From contig JACQMY010000039.1 in assembly GCA_016203305.1 (NCBI GenBank), positions 1-50,708 on the forward strand: DNA of 50,708 nucleotides. Direction: 5' to 3'. Shown one piece after another: positions 1 to 9,415 of the stretch. Position numbers and translations under genes: made by a program. Positions within the stretch are counted from its first letter, which is position 1, and each line of letters opens with the position of its first letter. A model generated the notes under the pieces. That model was given only the letters and a program-made list of their open reading frames with translations. It searched no databases and was not told the origin of the DNA. This DNA comes from Candidatus Woesearchaeota archaeon. Lineage in GTDB: Archaea > Nanobdellota > Nanobdellia > Woesearchaeales > ARS49.

Positions 1-1546
1 CATCGTCGTCACCATACTTGAGCTGGTGCGTGAACGCCGGAGAACCACCAGTCAAACCAAGGGCTGCAGCAGTGTTTCCTGCCTCGTTGCTTGCCAAAGG
101 AACATCGAAAAAGATGCCCTCCTGGTTGGTGAACTCCAAGTCATACTCGTCGTCACCAGCTGCATCAACACGAACCAACGTGACACCAGTGTCCATCAAG
201 CCCTCGTATCGAATGTCCCAGTTCGGAGTCAACAAGCCCTCAGGCTCATCAAGCTGCGCACGAACACCAGTTCCTGGCGGGATATACATGTCGCCAAGCA
301 CTGCGTCAGCAGTCAAGTGATACCTCAAAGATGCCACTTCATACTCTGCGCCGGTCAAACTGTTGGCCTGCGGCGGGTTCGTTACGAACTGACCATTGAT
401 CAACACAAACGAGTCCTCAATGGTTTCCTCATTCACTTCAGCACCTGCAGCGACAAAGAGTGCATTCGACGTGTTTGTATCACGGAACTCAACCTTGTAC
501 GCACCAAGATAGAACTGAACGATGGACTTCTGAATGTCCTTACCAGTCGCGAGGATGTCACGAATACCAATCTGGGTACCGTCTGCAAGGACGTCAGTCT
601 CACCATCTTCAAGCTCATCGGTAATCTCTCCGTTGATACGGAACTTCACCGACCCTTCACCTGCGTTGGACGTCTCGGAAATAACGAGAACTTCAACCTC
701 GTACTCCTTGCCATCAACAACATAAGTCTCCTTATCGTTCTCTCCGAGAACAGCGGAAACCGCACCACCGATAAACTCAATGGTAAGGTCTGGCGTCGCA
801 TTAGTCCCTGTCAAAGTATTACCCGCACTACCCAAGTTTGCCAAGACCACGTTGTTAACTCGCAAATCCGTGTCAACAATGACAAAAGGCTGGCCGAGAA
901 TGGTGACATCCTCGTCTTCCAAATCCACCAAGTCGTCGCCCTCAACCTCAGACTCAAGACCCTCTTCAAATTCGAGTTCCCACTCAAAAATCAAGTCGCC
1001 ATCGTCCCAAAAAAGGTAATGACCAACACGATCACGCTCATCCTCAGCAAAAATCACTGAACTCGAACGCAAATTCGTGTGCGCCACCGGAGTACCCGCC
1101 GGAGTAACAAACCTCAAATACTGATTAAACTCCGTGCTACCCTGATCAGTAACAATCTGACCACCCTTGAGCATGTCAAGGTCCACTTCAGTAAGAGTCT
1201 CACGAACGTCCCCAATCTTCTCGCCAATTTCCAGCAAGTCAGAGGTCGATCCGATCTCCACCGCATCACCCTCAACCACGAGCTGCGAAGGCGCACCAGT
1301 TGCTGCGACCTTCACTACTGCCTGCGATTGAAGGCTCTGAATAATGTCGACTGCACCGACAACGTCTGAACCATCTGCTTGGTCACCGACAATAATAGCC
1401 AGGTTTGAAGCAGGCGTTCCATTCACGACGAATGGCGCCGGGTAATCTGACAACTTGGCCGCTGATGCACCGAAAATCGTCGCACCAACCATGGTCAAAC
1501 CCATACCCAAAGCCACCATCTTTTTTACCGCTTGTATTGCTTTCAT
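1..1546 (-). CDS. S-layer protein (Methanococcus/DPANN-type); 3' end lies outside the window
   Basis: Not in the ORF track because it has no stop in the window. ATG at 1546 with GAGGTG SD. Translates MKAIQAVKKMVALGMGLTMVGATIFGASAAKLSDYPAPFVVNG...IIVGDQADGSDVVGAVDI, a typical S-layer N-terminus. Confidence 0.85.
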   Translation of the reverse strand, partial: MKAIQAVKKMVALGMGLTMVGATIFGASAAKLSDYPAPFVVNGTPASNLAIIVGDQADGSDVVGAVDIIQSLQSQAVVKVAATGAPSQLVVEGDAVEIGSTSDLLEIGEKIGDVRETLTEVDLDMLKGGQIVTDQGSTEFNQYLRFVTPAGTPVAHTNLRSSSVIFAEDERDRVGHYLFWDDGDLIFEWELEFEEGLESEVEGDDLVDLEDEDVTILGQPFVIVDTDLRVNNVVLANLGSAGNTLTGTNATPDLTIEFIGGAVSAVLGENDKETYVVDGKEYEVEVLVISETSNAGEGSVKFRINGEITDELEDGETDVLADGTQIGIRDILATGKDIQKSIVQFYLGAYKVEFRDTNTSNALFVAAGAEVNEETIEDSFVLINGQFVTNPPQANSLTGAEYEVASLRYHLTADAVLGDMYIPPGTGVRAQLDEPEGLLTPNWDIRYEGLMDTGVTLVRVDAAGDDEYDLEFTNQEGIFFDVPLASNEAGNTAAALGLTGGSPAFTHQLKYGDDD

Positions 1547-1724
1547 CTAACAAACACCTCCGTGTTTTTCGGTATCTTTACTTGATACAGCAAGAATTTT
1601 CCAAAACCGTCGTACATGGCTGTTTTTTGAATGACCATTTTTGTGGAACACGCCCTCTCTTTATTTTACAAGCCACAATCTGGTAACGAGTTCAAGCTAC
1701 CAGACAACTAGAAAATTTGTCTGC

Positions 1725-1740
1725 TTATAAATTTTTCGCG
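1725..1740 (-). promoter_or_regulatory. BRE-TATA promoter of the S-layer gene (implies a ~150-nt 5'UTR)
   Basis: Minus strand reads CGCGAAAAA-TTTATAA. Confidence 0.5.
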
Positions 1741-1800
1741 CAATCCACCGTACTTTTTCTCTGGAAAACGTACTTGTTCCACGCGTTTATCGACGGTGAT

Positions 1801-2343
1801 TTATATACTGACCTTGCCGAAACGATCCCTTGAACACATCACCAACATCCTGGTACGTGAGTCTTCTTTTATAAGTTCTTTATAAACAGAAACGTCCTGA
1901 TCACTCGCCAAACACTCCCACACAGGATGACTATGCACATCAACAAGCACACCAGCAGGACAGGACACACTAGAAACATGAACAACAGACGCGCGCAACA
2001 CCTCCGGAAAAAACACGCGCTCTATAATATACTCCGAACCAGAAACCCTGCCAAACAAACACGCCTTAATCTCACGATGCTGATTAGCAACATACTCCTC
2101 TTGCAAACGCTCCAAAGAACCATTCACAAAAACAAAAGAAACATCAGAAAAAACCAAAGAAGCAGAACTAACCTTACTACTCTCAACCCAACTCTGCAAA
2201 GAATCAGAAAACACCAAAGAAACAACCAACACCAACAACAAAAAACCAACAACCATCAACAAAGGCTTCCTCAATGTAGAAACAGGCACGTCCTTCAACA
2301 AATCTTCTTCTTTAATACCTTCAAAAACCGGATTACGACTCAT
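1801..2343 (-). CDS. Membrane-anchored JAB/MPN+ (JAMM) metalloprotease-like protein
   Basis: N-terminal TM helix; E(IKACLFG)...HSHPVWECLASDQD matches E-HxH-x7-S-x2-D. Confidence 0.7.
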   Translation of the reverse strand: MSRNPVFEGIKEEDLLKDVPVSTLRKPLLMVVGFLLLVLVVSLVFSDSLQSWVESSKVSSASLVFSDVSFVFVNGSLERLQEEYVANQHREIKACLFGRVSGSEYIIERVFFPEVLRASVVHVSSVSCPAGVLVDVHSHPVWECLASDQDVSVYKELIKEDSRTRMLVMCSRDRFGKVSI

Positions 2344-2344
2344 G

Positions 2345-2447
2345 GCAATTAGCTATTGGCTGCTGGCTATTAGAAGGTAGTGGTAGGAAGAAGGACTAAG
2401 GCGGAAGGGCGAAGATAGACGTCTTCATCCTTCCACCCTATACCTTT
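2345..2447 (+). repeat. Degenerate 7-mer tract ending in a hairpin core
   Basis: gctattg gctgctg gctattag...gaagaag gactaag gcggaag ggcgaag, then atagacgtcttcatccttccacc. Confidence 0.75.
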
Positions 2448-2456
2448 ATAATCTAT

Positions 2457-2891
2457 TCATCGCAACGGAAGCCCTGAACTCGTAGCAGCACCATAGACAT
2501 ACTTATCACGAGGCAATCTGTACACCGGAGCGAGAACATCCTGATTATTGCCACCAGGCAAACAACACCACTGCTGCTTGTCCTCAAACCACAAGCACGG
2601 ATCAGGCCCATCAGAAGACGGGCCACAAACCAACTTATCCTTATTCGCAACGACCTTACCTTGCATACGCTGAACGAACAAATCATGCTCGTTCACAGAC
2701 GCAAGACGATCAGCACGCTGCTGAGCTCGCTTCAACCCAGGGCCATACAACTTGCCACCAGTGCCATAAGCCATCCAAGCACCATACGCCTGGCCGGTAA
2801 CCGAAGGGTCACCAACAGCAACAAACGTTGCAAAAGCCGAAATCACGACAATGCCAACAATCATAAAAACTACAAATTTTTCCATAGTCAT
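2457..2891 (-). CDS. Single-pass surface protein, Cys-rich C-terminus
   Basis: N-terminal TM, TG motif, KLYGPGLK motif, C..C..CC. Confidence 0.7.
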   Translation of the reverse strand: MTMEKFVVFMIVGIVVISAFATFVAVGDPSVTGQAYGAWMAYGTGGKLYGPGLKRAQQRADRLASVNEHDLFVQRMQGKVVANKDKLVCGPSSDGPDPCLWFEDKQQWCCLPGGNNQDVLAPVYRLPRDKYVYGAATSSGLPLR

Positions 2892-3367
2892 CACCTGCAA
2901 TTACCGTTATAACACTTCTGACCCTTCAAACACGCACGCGTCACCCAACCAAAACCAGATGACGTCCTCTCACAAACCATACGAACACCCTTCATACAAA
3001 CCTTCGAACCAGCCTTCTTAATATTCCAACGATCAATCCTACAACCACCACTACACATCAAATCAACAGAACAATCAGGATCATCACAATCAACCTTTTT
3101 ATCAAAATCATCATCAACACCATTCTGACAACGCTCCATAGACGTCGGACCAGGACCAGTCATACCCTTCGGCATAGCAGTACTCGGCCTGCCACCACCC
3201 TGCGGATCATAATGCCACTGAGGCTGGTTGCCAACAACAGTAGGAATAAACTGAGACGGCAAACCAACAGGAAACCCCTGCATGCCAGTCAAGGAAAGCT
3301 CACCAAGAACGGCAACCAACGAAATAACAACAATTCCCAAAATTGACAAAACAGCAAAACGTTCCAT
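2891..3367 (-). CDS. Single-pass Cys-rich surface protein with CxNGxDDDxDxxxDCxDxDC Ca-binding motif
   Basis: ATG 3367 with AGGTG SD; TM helix; motif CQNGVDDDFDKKVDCDDPDC. Confidence 0.7.
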   Translation of the reverse strand: MERFAVLSILGIVVISLVAVLGELSLTGMQGFPVGLPSQFIPTVVGNQPQWHYDPQGGGRPSTAMPKGMTGPGPTSMERCQNGVDDDFDKKVDCDDPDCSVDLMCSGGCRIDRWNIKKAGSKVCMKGVRMVCERTSSGFGWVTRACLKGQKCYNGNCR

Positions 3368-3430
3368 GAGCACCTTTTTTAACAAACATACACCGGAGAG
3401 TATATAAATATTACGAGAAGCAAACGCACC

Positions 3431-4047
3431 ATGCACGAAGTCGAGTACATCGGACCGCTTACAAACGAGCAGTATGAAAGACTATCACACTTCTTCCAAG
3501 AAAATGGAAAGTTCATCAAAGAAAAAAAGCGCTTATCTCTCCTATACTTCCGCGGGGAAATACCAGAAGACATAAACGACATCAAAGATGAACAAGTAGA
3601 CCTGCGCATAAGAATAACCAACAAACAACCAGAACTCACTCTAAAACACGGAACATTCCGCCCAACCAACGGTCGCAAAGAAATCACCGTACAACTAACA
3701 TCCGACCAACTACAAGCACAAACACAACTCCTCTGCCACTAGGATGGGAACACGGCATCATCCACCCCGCACACAGCAAAGTCTACACATACAAAAACGT
3801 CGAATTCGCCCTCGTCACTTTCCCAGGACATGGACACACCTTCGAAGCAGAAATCCTATGCGAAGAAAAACAAGCAAACGACGCACATGAAACGATCAAA
3901 AAACTCCTGAAACAACTCAACCTCACACCATACACCCAAGCAGAATTCTACGAACACTGCAACCAAATGAACAAAACAGCCATGCGATTTGATTTCAGCA
4001 AAGAAACAATAGAAGGATTAAGAGAGTATTACAAAGAATATTTCTGA
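3431..4047 (+). pseudogene. CYTH-domain protein, frameshifted near 3739 (pseudogene or consensus error)
   Basis: HEVEY, DLRIR and ELTLK motifs; continues in another frame as LGWEHG...VEFALV...TFEAEI...YF* to TGA 4047. Confidence 0.7.
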
Positions 4048-4187
4048 ATAGAACAGACGAAAAGGGTTTGGTCAGCAAAATATCCGGAAAACACTACAGA
4101 AAACAACTGTTTCTCCGGTTCAAACCATAAACTATCCCGATTTATCATCGACTGGTATAAATTTGAGTAAAAAAGAAAGAAAAACAC

Positions 4188-4303
4188 GCCGGCGTTGGCT
4201 AACCAGGTTGGCCGGCGGTCCGAAACACCGCTGCCCGTAAGGGCTTCTGGGTTCAAATACCTTTCGGTGTACGACCGTAGGGATGAAAATCCCGGCGCCG
4301 GCG
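4188..4303 (+). tRNA. Ser-type (long variable arm, G73) tRNA with a 32-nt intron at 59/60 (4258-4289) and atypical anticodon loop CCGAAAC
   Basis: GCCGGCG/CGCCGGC acceptor stem; GCGGT/ACCGC anticodon stem; GCCC-GTAA-GGGC variable arm; CTGGG-TTCAAAT-CCCGG after splicing; TATAAA ~30 nt upstream. Confidence 0.8.
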
Positions 4304-4312
4304 GCCTTTTTC

Positions 4313-4404
4313 ATGCGGCGGACAGGTAGTCGCCGACTGCGGTCGTCGGAACCTGTCCTTGCTTGTTCGCTTCGCTCACAATGCGGCGGACAGGATTCGA
4401 ACCT
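4313..4404 (-). repeat. Two partial duplications of the tRNA-Leu 3' end
   Basis: ATGCGGCGGACAGG at 4313, 4381 and 4482; the 4381 copy matches for 24 bp. Confidence 0.8.
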
Positions 4405-4482
4405 CAGCCCGTCTGCGGACGTTCGGAGCTTCGAATCCATCGTGATTTATCCACAAGAATATGCTGCGCATTTCCTATCTTA

Positions 4483-4566
4483 TGCGGCGGACAGGATTCG
4501 AACCTGCGAAGGCACTAAGCCGCTGGAGTCTAAATCCAGCCCGTTTGACCGCTTCGGTACCGCCGC
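4483..4566 (-). tRNA. tRNA-Leu(TAG)
   Basis: GCGGCGGTACCGAAGCGGTCAAACGGG-CTGGA-TTTAGAC-TCCAG...GCAGGTTCGAATCCTGTCCGCCGCA. Confidence 0.95.
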
Positions 4567-4610
4567 GTCAAAGTAAAAATAAGATGATTGTTCTTAAACT
4601 TATTGAGAAA

Positions 4611-4799
4611 TCATAGCTTGCTTCGCTTTCTTGAGTTCTTCCAAGCATAGCCACGCATTTTCGGACCATTGCCAAAACCACAGCTCGCACAAGCCTTCTT
4701 GGTAGCATGATAACTACACCTGCCACAACGCCTGCACGGAATGTGTGACTTCCCGCGCGAGCGCAATCCCTGCGAACCAGTACCGCCAAGTCCTTTCAT
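4611..4799 (-). CDS. rpl37e: 50S ribosomal protein L37e
   Basis: GTGSQG, HIPCRRCG..SYH...CASCGFG. Confidence 0.95.
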   Translation of the reverse strand: MKGLGGTGSQGLRSRGKSHIPCRRCGRCSYHATKKACASCGFGNGPKMRGYAWKNSRKRSKL

Positions 4800-4801
4800 T
4801 G

Positions 4802-5023
4802 TTATGCAGGACTGATGAGAATGATTGTGTCACCGCGAATAAACGCAGTGCCAAGCTTACGCTTCACTTCACCATCAACCCGTTCCTCTGTATCGTCTAA
4901 AACAACGTTAATGTGAATATCAAACGCTCTCAGCGAACCAACATACTGCCGGCCATTCTTGCACTCCACTATGACCTTGCGGTCACGAGCGCGATTCAAT
5001 GCATCAAGCGGTCTTGCTTCCAT
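4802..5023 (-). CDS. lsm: Sm-like protein (SmAP1/Lsm)
   Basis: RPLDAL, FDIHINVVL, FIRGDTI; conserved linkage to rpl37e. Confidence 0.95.
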   Translation of the reverse strand: MEARPLDALNRARDRKVIVECKNGRQYVGSLRAFDIHINVVLDDTEERVDGEVKRKLGTAFIRGDTIILISPA

Positions 5024-5156
5024 TTTAAATCCACCTCTTTGCTCGAAGCCAGAGGGAGACTATTTAAATGTTTCGTAATTCGATTTTCGATGTTCGACGG
5101 AACACCATAACAATACTCCGAAAACATTTTTAAACCTGCCTTTAACACACTGACTT

Positions 5157-5879
5157 ATGTACAAAGAGAAAAAAGTCAGCGTTGTGCTGCCAACCTACAA
5201 CGAAAAAGATTCCATCCGCAAAGCAATACAAGACCTTTATGCAACAGGACTTGTTGATGAAGTAGTTGTTATTAACAACAACGCCAAAAAAGGAACAGAT
5301 GAAGAAGTAAAACAAACACCAGCCACTCTAGTCTATGAAAAAAAACAAGGACTTGGCTGGGCGACAAGAAAAGGATTCCAAGAAGCAACAGGAGACCTCA
5401 TCATACTATCCGAACCAGACGGCACATACGTTGCAAGAGACATTGAAAAATTACTTGTCTTCTCAGATGATTTTGATGTTGTCTTCGGCACGCGAACAAC
5501 ACGAGCTCTAATCTGGAAAGGAGCAAACATGGGGCTATTCCTCAAATGGGGAAACTGGTTTGTGGCAAAACTTGTTGAAGTATTGTATGGAACACCTCAC
5601 CTGAGCGACGTAGGCTGCACAATGAGACTGCTACGCAAAAGCGCTCTCAAGAAAATACAACTATACTTCCAAGGAGGCCACAACATATTCAACGTACAAA
5701 TCCTCCTATTGGTAGCGCTCAAAAAACTCAAGTTCACAGAAGTTCCAGTAAATTACAAAGGAAGAGAAGGCGGAAAAGGATTTACTGAAAATAAGTGGAG
5801 AGCATTCAAACTAGGGTTAATCATGATTGCATACTTGCTCAAGACACGCATGCTATCCTGGCTAGGACGATACCCATGA
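5157..5879 (+). CDS. GT2 glycosyltransferase (polyprenol-phosphate sugar synthase-like)
   Basis: VSVVLPTYNE, VVVINN, EPDGTY, SDVGCTMR. Confidence 0.9.
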   Translation: MYKEKKVSVVLPTYNEKDSIRKAIQDLYATGLVDEVVVINNNAKKGTDEEVKQTPATLVYEKKQGLGWATRKGFQEATGDLIILSEPDGTYVARDIEKLLVFSDDFDVVFGTRTTRALIWKGANMGLFLKWGNWFVAKLVEVLYGTPHLSDVGCTMRLLRKSALKKIQLYFQGGHNIFNVQILLLVALKKLKFTEVPVNYKGREGGKGFTENKWRAFKLGLIMIAYLLKTRMLSWLGRYP

Positions 5880-6508
5880 AATATTTTGAGACCCGATACT
5901 CACAAGACCCCCGCAGAACGGTTGTTTGGAAACAAATTACAAGCTACCTCTCACGCTGGATAACTCCTGATGCAACAGTGCTTGAACTCGGTGGAGGCTA
6001 TTGCGACTTCATCAACAATGTCAAAGCAAAAGAAAAACACGTGGTTGACATAACGCCAAATGTCAAAAAATACGCTGCAACAGACGTACACGCACACGTC
6101 GCAGACGTGCGAACATTCACACTCAACCAAAAGTTCGACATAGTATTCGCCAGCAATCTACTTGAACACTTCACAGATGAAGACCTGGAAAAAATAATGA
6201 AAAACGTTTCACATCTGCTAAAGCCAGGAGGACAACTAATTCTCCTTCAGCCAAACTATCGCTACGCTACAAAAGAATACTTCGACGATTACACCCACAA
6301 AAAAATCTTCAGCCACATCAGCTTGTGCGACTTCCTCGCAACACAAGAATTCACAGTCAAGACCTGCAAGCCCAAATTCCTACCACTCTCATTCAAAAGC
6401 AGCAAGCTTCCCGCGCCAGGCTGGCTAGTATGGCTCTACCTACACTCACCACTCAAACCGTTTGCAAAACAAATGCTAGTGGTGGCAATCAATGAAAAAA
6501 ATAACTAG
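5876..6508 (+). CDS. Class I SAM-dependent methyltransferase
   Basis: VLELGGG, FDIVFASNLLEH, LKPGG; ATGA overlap with the GT2 gene. Confidence 0.9.
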   Translation: MKYFETRYSQDPRRTVVWKQITSYLSRWITPDATVLELGGGYCDFINNVKAKEKHVVDITPNVKKYAATDVHAHVADVRTFTLNQKFDIVFASNLLEHFTDEDLEKIMKNVSHLLKPGGQLILLQPNYRYATKEYFDDYTHKKIFSHISLCDFLATQEFTVKTCKPKFLPLSFKSSKLPAPGWLVWLYLHSPLKPFAKQMLVVAINEKNN

Positions 6509-8201
6509 CGTAATTCTCATACTGGTCGCATTCGTCCTCTTACGAGTAATTCCTGCAACCTTCTCATATTATGCAGACGAACACAAATGGGCACTCATCG
6601 TCGATCCAGCAGAAGGAATGCTAGGAAAAATCCCACACCCTCCACTTGGAGAAATAATCATGCACTACGGCGGAGTATTGACGGGCTATACAACTCTAAG
6701 ATTTGTGCCACTCTTCTTTTCAGTACTAGATGCAATTCTAGTCTTTTTCATACTCAGAAGGTACGCAGGAACATCCGCAGCAATCAGCGGACTAATTGCT
6801 CTGACGCTAAGCATGTATTCCGTGCTTGCCTCAACAATGCTTGACACAGACGGAGCAATAATGCCCTTCTTCTTTTTGCTTGGAGCGTACGCTTACTTCA
6901 GATATGAAGAGAAAAAACAAACTTCCTGGCTTGTTTTGTCAGCTGCAAGCGCGGCGGCAGGAACACTCATCAAGCTGCCATTTGTTTTATTCTACCCAAC
7001 ACTCGCACTGCACGTATTCTCAAAGAATACATTACGCAAAACAATCAAAAACCTCGCAATCTACGCAGGAATCACCATTGCAGCAGCAGCAATTATTCTT
7101 CCACTCCTCAGAGTGATTTATCCTCATTTCAACCTACGCTACGCCTTTGGCTACGGATCATCATTCCCCCTATTGAACATTTTAAGCAGAGACTACTTCC
7201 ACACAATGCTACTGCTCGCAATCACACTCATTTACGTCTCACCCTTTATCGGACTTGTCGTATGGAGCATGTTCAACAAAACACCAAAAAAAACATTCCT
7301 GCTCAGCTGGATCGCAATAGCGCTCGCATTCTATCTGTTCATCGTGGACGTTAGCCACAGACCACTCGAACGCTACCTAATGACGATAATTTACCCGCTT
7401 GCAATACTAGCAGGAATTTTCATCAATAAAATTCTGCCTGCGCTGAAGAAAAACGCAGCATTCTTCGCACGCGCAACACTGCTTTTCCTACTGCCCGGCA
7501 TATTTCTCAACAGCATGCAAGCAGAAACGCTACCACTATACCCAAAAACAGCATACGTTGAACACATACTAACTGCAAACCTCCTGTTCTGGGTACCGCT
7601 AACAGGAGGATCAGGACCAATAGGATTCCAAGTCACCGCAGCATTCATCATCACATTTTTCTCGCTCGCATTTGCATTTATAATAATAGGATTGCTCAAC
7701 AAAAAACGTGCAACAACATTTTTCCTAATGTTCCTATCAATAACACTCGCATACAACCTAATACTAACAGAAGAGTTTGTGTTTTCAGCAATGTCACCAA
7801 ACGTCCAAGCAGTCGGAAAGCAAACACTAAATTCAGTGCTAACAAACCCCAACATCAAAAAAATCATAACATTCAACGACGCATTCGCATACGAACTAGT
7901 CAAATCAGGAAAATACGGAGGACGATTCTATGCAGTGCCTGAATACTTCGATGCAAACTTGGCAAAATTCGACAAACACAACGGAACATTCATGATAATA
8001 GACTACCCACAAATCAGCAGAGAAAGCAAATACTGGAAATATTTCACAACATGCAAAACAATGCAAACATTCAGCGACAAAAACAGCACGCTAGGCTACA
8101 TCCTCGACTGCGCTAAAACCCAAAACCCTTCCGCCGCTTCCGATGATACTTCCAACAAGCCCTCCACACGTACGGCGAAACAACAACCAAAAACACAATA
8201 A
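6492..8201 (+). CDS. GT-C fold (ArnT/PMT-like) membrane glycosyltransferase
   Basis: YADE and HPPL motifs in the first loop; many TM helices. Confidence 0.8.
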   Translation: MKKITSVILILVAFVLLRVIPATFSYYADEHKWALIVDPAEGMLGKIPHPPLGEIIMHYGGVLTGYTTLRFVPLFFSVLDAILVFFILRRYAGTSAAISGLIALTLSMYSVLASTMLDTDGAIMPFFFLLGAYAYFRYEEKKQTSWLVLSAASAAAGTLIKLPFVLFYPTLALHVFSKNTLRKTIKNLAIYAGITIAAAAIILPLLRVIYPHFNLRYAFGYGSSFPLLNILSRDYFHTMLLLAITLIYVSPFIGLVVWSMFNKTPKKTFLLSWIAIALAFYLFIVDVSHRPLERYLMTIIYPLAILAGIFINKILPALKKNAAFFARATLLFLLPGIFLNSMQAETLPLYPKTAYVEHILTANLLFWVPLTGGSGPIGFQVTAAFIITFFSLAFAFIIIGLLNKKRATTFFLMFLSITLAYNLILTEEFVFSAMSPNVQAVGKQTLNSVLTNPNIKKIITFNDAFAYELVKSGKYGGRFYAVPEYFDANLAKFDKHNGTFMIIDYPQISRESKYWKYFTTCKTMQTFSDKNSTLGYILDCAKTQNPSAASDDTSNKPSTRTAKQQPKTQ

Positions 8202-9330
8202 TCAAAACATACCAATACCACGCAACACCTGAATCCTCAGCAACATTCGAAACGACAGTTTCATTATCTTGTTGCGCTTCTAAACGCGATTCTGATTGCT
8301 CAACCTTCACAACATCTTCGTCACACCCGTCACCTAAACCATCAGCATCCAAATCAGGCCAACTGCCAGGCAAATTAGGACAATTATCCACAAAATCAGA
8401 AAAGTCATCACCATCAGAATCCTCTTCCTGCACAAACCTAATCACACGATCCAAAGAACCATCCTCGTTCAAGTCACCAACATCACCCTCAGAAGAAACA
8501 AAAACCAACATTCTGCCGAACAACGAAGGATTGCTGCCAGTAATGCCAAGTTTTGCAACAGAATTGTTTTCAGACAAACCAAACAATTGATCACCACGCT
8601 CGAAAACAACACCCTCATTTATTGAGGGATTGGACCCTGAAAAATTCGTTAACCGCAATGACTGCGATTTCACGTCCAACAATGCTATCTTGCCATCAGC
8701 GCTAAAAGCTATCACGCCTTGCTTTGACAAAGACAACCTATCTTTAGCTGCCACTCGCGCATTCGAAACCTGCCTAGACTCCCTATCCAAAATTCTTACC
8801 ACCTTGTCAGCCTTGTCACCATCAGCGTTTAAATCAACACCAACTTGCTCCTCCTCAGTCAAAAACGCAATATGACGCTGGCCAAGAACAGGAAAATCGC
8901 CAACCGCCTTCAAATTCGCCAGCTCCTGAGTCTTCAAATCATACAAGCGCAAAATGTCATCATCCAGGTCACCATCATTCGAAAAATCAACACCCAACTC
9001 CTGCTCCAAAGTCGAGAAAACAACAAACTCAGAAAACACAAACGGATTTCTACCCGCGCCAACAATCTTTACATTTTTATCACGCAAGCTTAAAACTTCA
9101 ACATTGCCACCATTCTCAAATGCAACAGTAAAACCGAAAATAGAAGGATTACTCCCCGGACCCAGACCACCCTCCTCACGCTTGGACAGGTCATAATAGC
9201 CAACATTACCCTCACGCTCAAACACAACAACATCACCATACAAAGAAGGATGATCGCCCTTAATGACAACAGGCTCAACAAACAAGCCAGAAACAGAAGA
9301 CGCCAACAACAACAGCACGAGCCAAAGCAT
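8113..9330 (-). CDS. Secreted, C-terminally anchored protein with beta-propeller-like repeats and thrombospondin type 3 repeats
   Basis: Signal peptide; repeated GSNPSI and DxNxDGDxxD; DSDGDD..DNCP..DADGLGDGCD; C-terminal TM with basic tail. Confidence 0.75.
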   Translation of the reverse strand: MLWLVLLLLASSVSGLFVEPVVIKGDHPSLYGDVVVFEREGNVGYYDLSKREEGGLGPGSNPSIFGFTVAFENGGNVEVLSLRDKNVKIVGAGRNPFVFSEFVVFSTLEQELGVDFSNDGDLDDDILRLYDLKTQELANLKAVGDFPVLGQRHIAFLTEEEQVGVDLNADGDKADKVVRILDRESRQVSNARVAAKDRLSLSKQGVIAFSADGKIALLDVKSQSLRLTNFSGSNPSINEGVVFERGDQLFGLSENNSVAKLGITGSNPSLFGRMLVFVSSEGDVGDLNEDGSLDRVIRFVQEEDSDGDDFSDFVDNCPNLPGSWPDLDADGLGDGCDEDVVKVEQSESRLEAQQDNETVVSNVAEDSGVAWYWYVLIIVFLVVVSPYVWRACWKYHRKRRKGFGF

Positions 9331-9370
9331 AAGCCAAGATAACAGAATACTGATTTAAAGGTTTCGACCA

Positions 9371-9405
9371 GTAACAGGACGCAGGATGAAGGCGGAAGGA
9401 TGAAG
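9371..9405 (+). repeat. Degenerate 7-mer tract
   Basis: gtaacag gacgcag gatgaag gcggaag gatgaag. Confidence 0.65.
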
Positions 9406-9415
9406 AAACTTCTAA

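Noticed and set aside
26-1060. 344-aa + strand ORF
   Set aside because: Antisense shadow of the S-layer gene.
1927-2352. Q/N/K-rich ORF and similar shadow ORFs
   Set aside because: Artefact of the A/C-rich strand opposite real genes.
3740-3742. TAG readthrough (pyrrolysine) in CYTH
   Set aside because: The downstream coding sequence is in a different frame.
4188-4303. tRNA-Sec
   Set aside because: The long D-stem is suggestive, but the fold is 7/5 and there is no TCA anticodon.
4029-4576. ORFs 4029-4256, 4132-4440 and 4283-4576
   Set aside because: They overlap tRNA genes and repeats; spurious.
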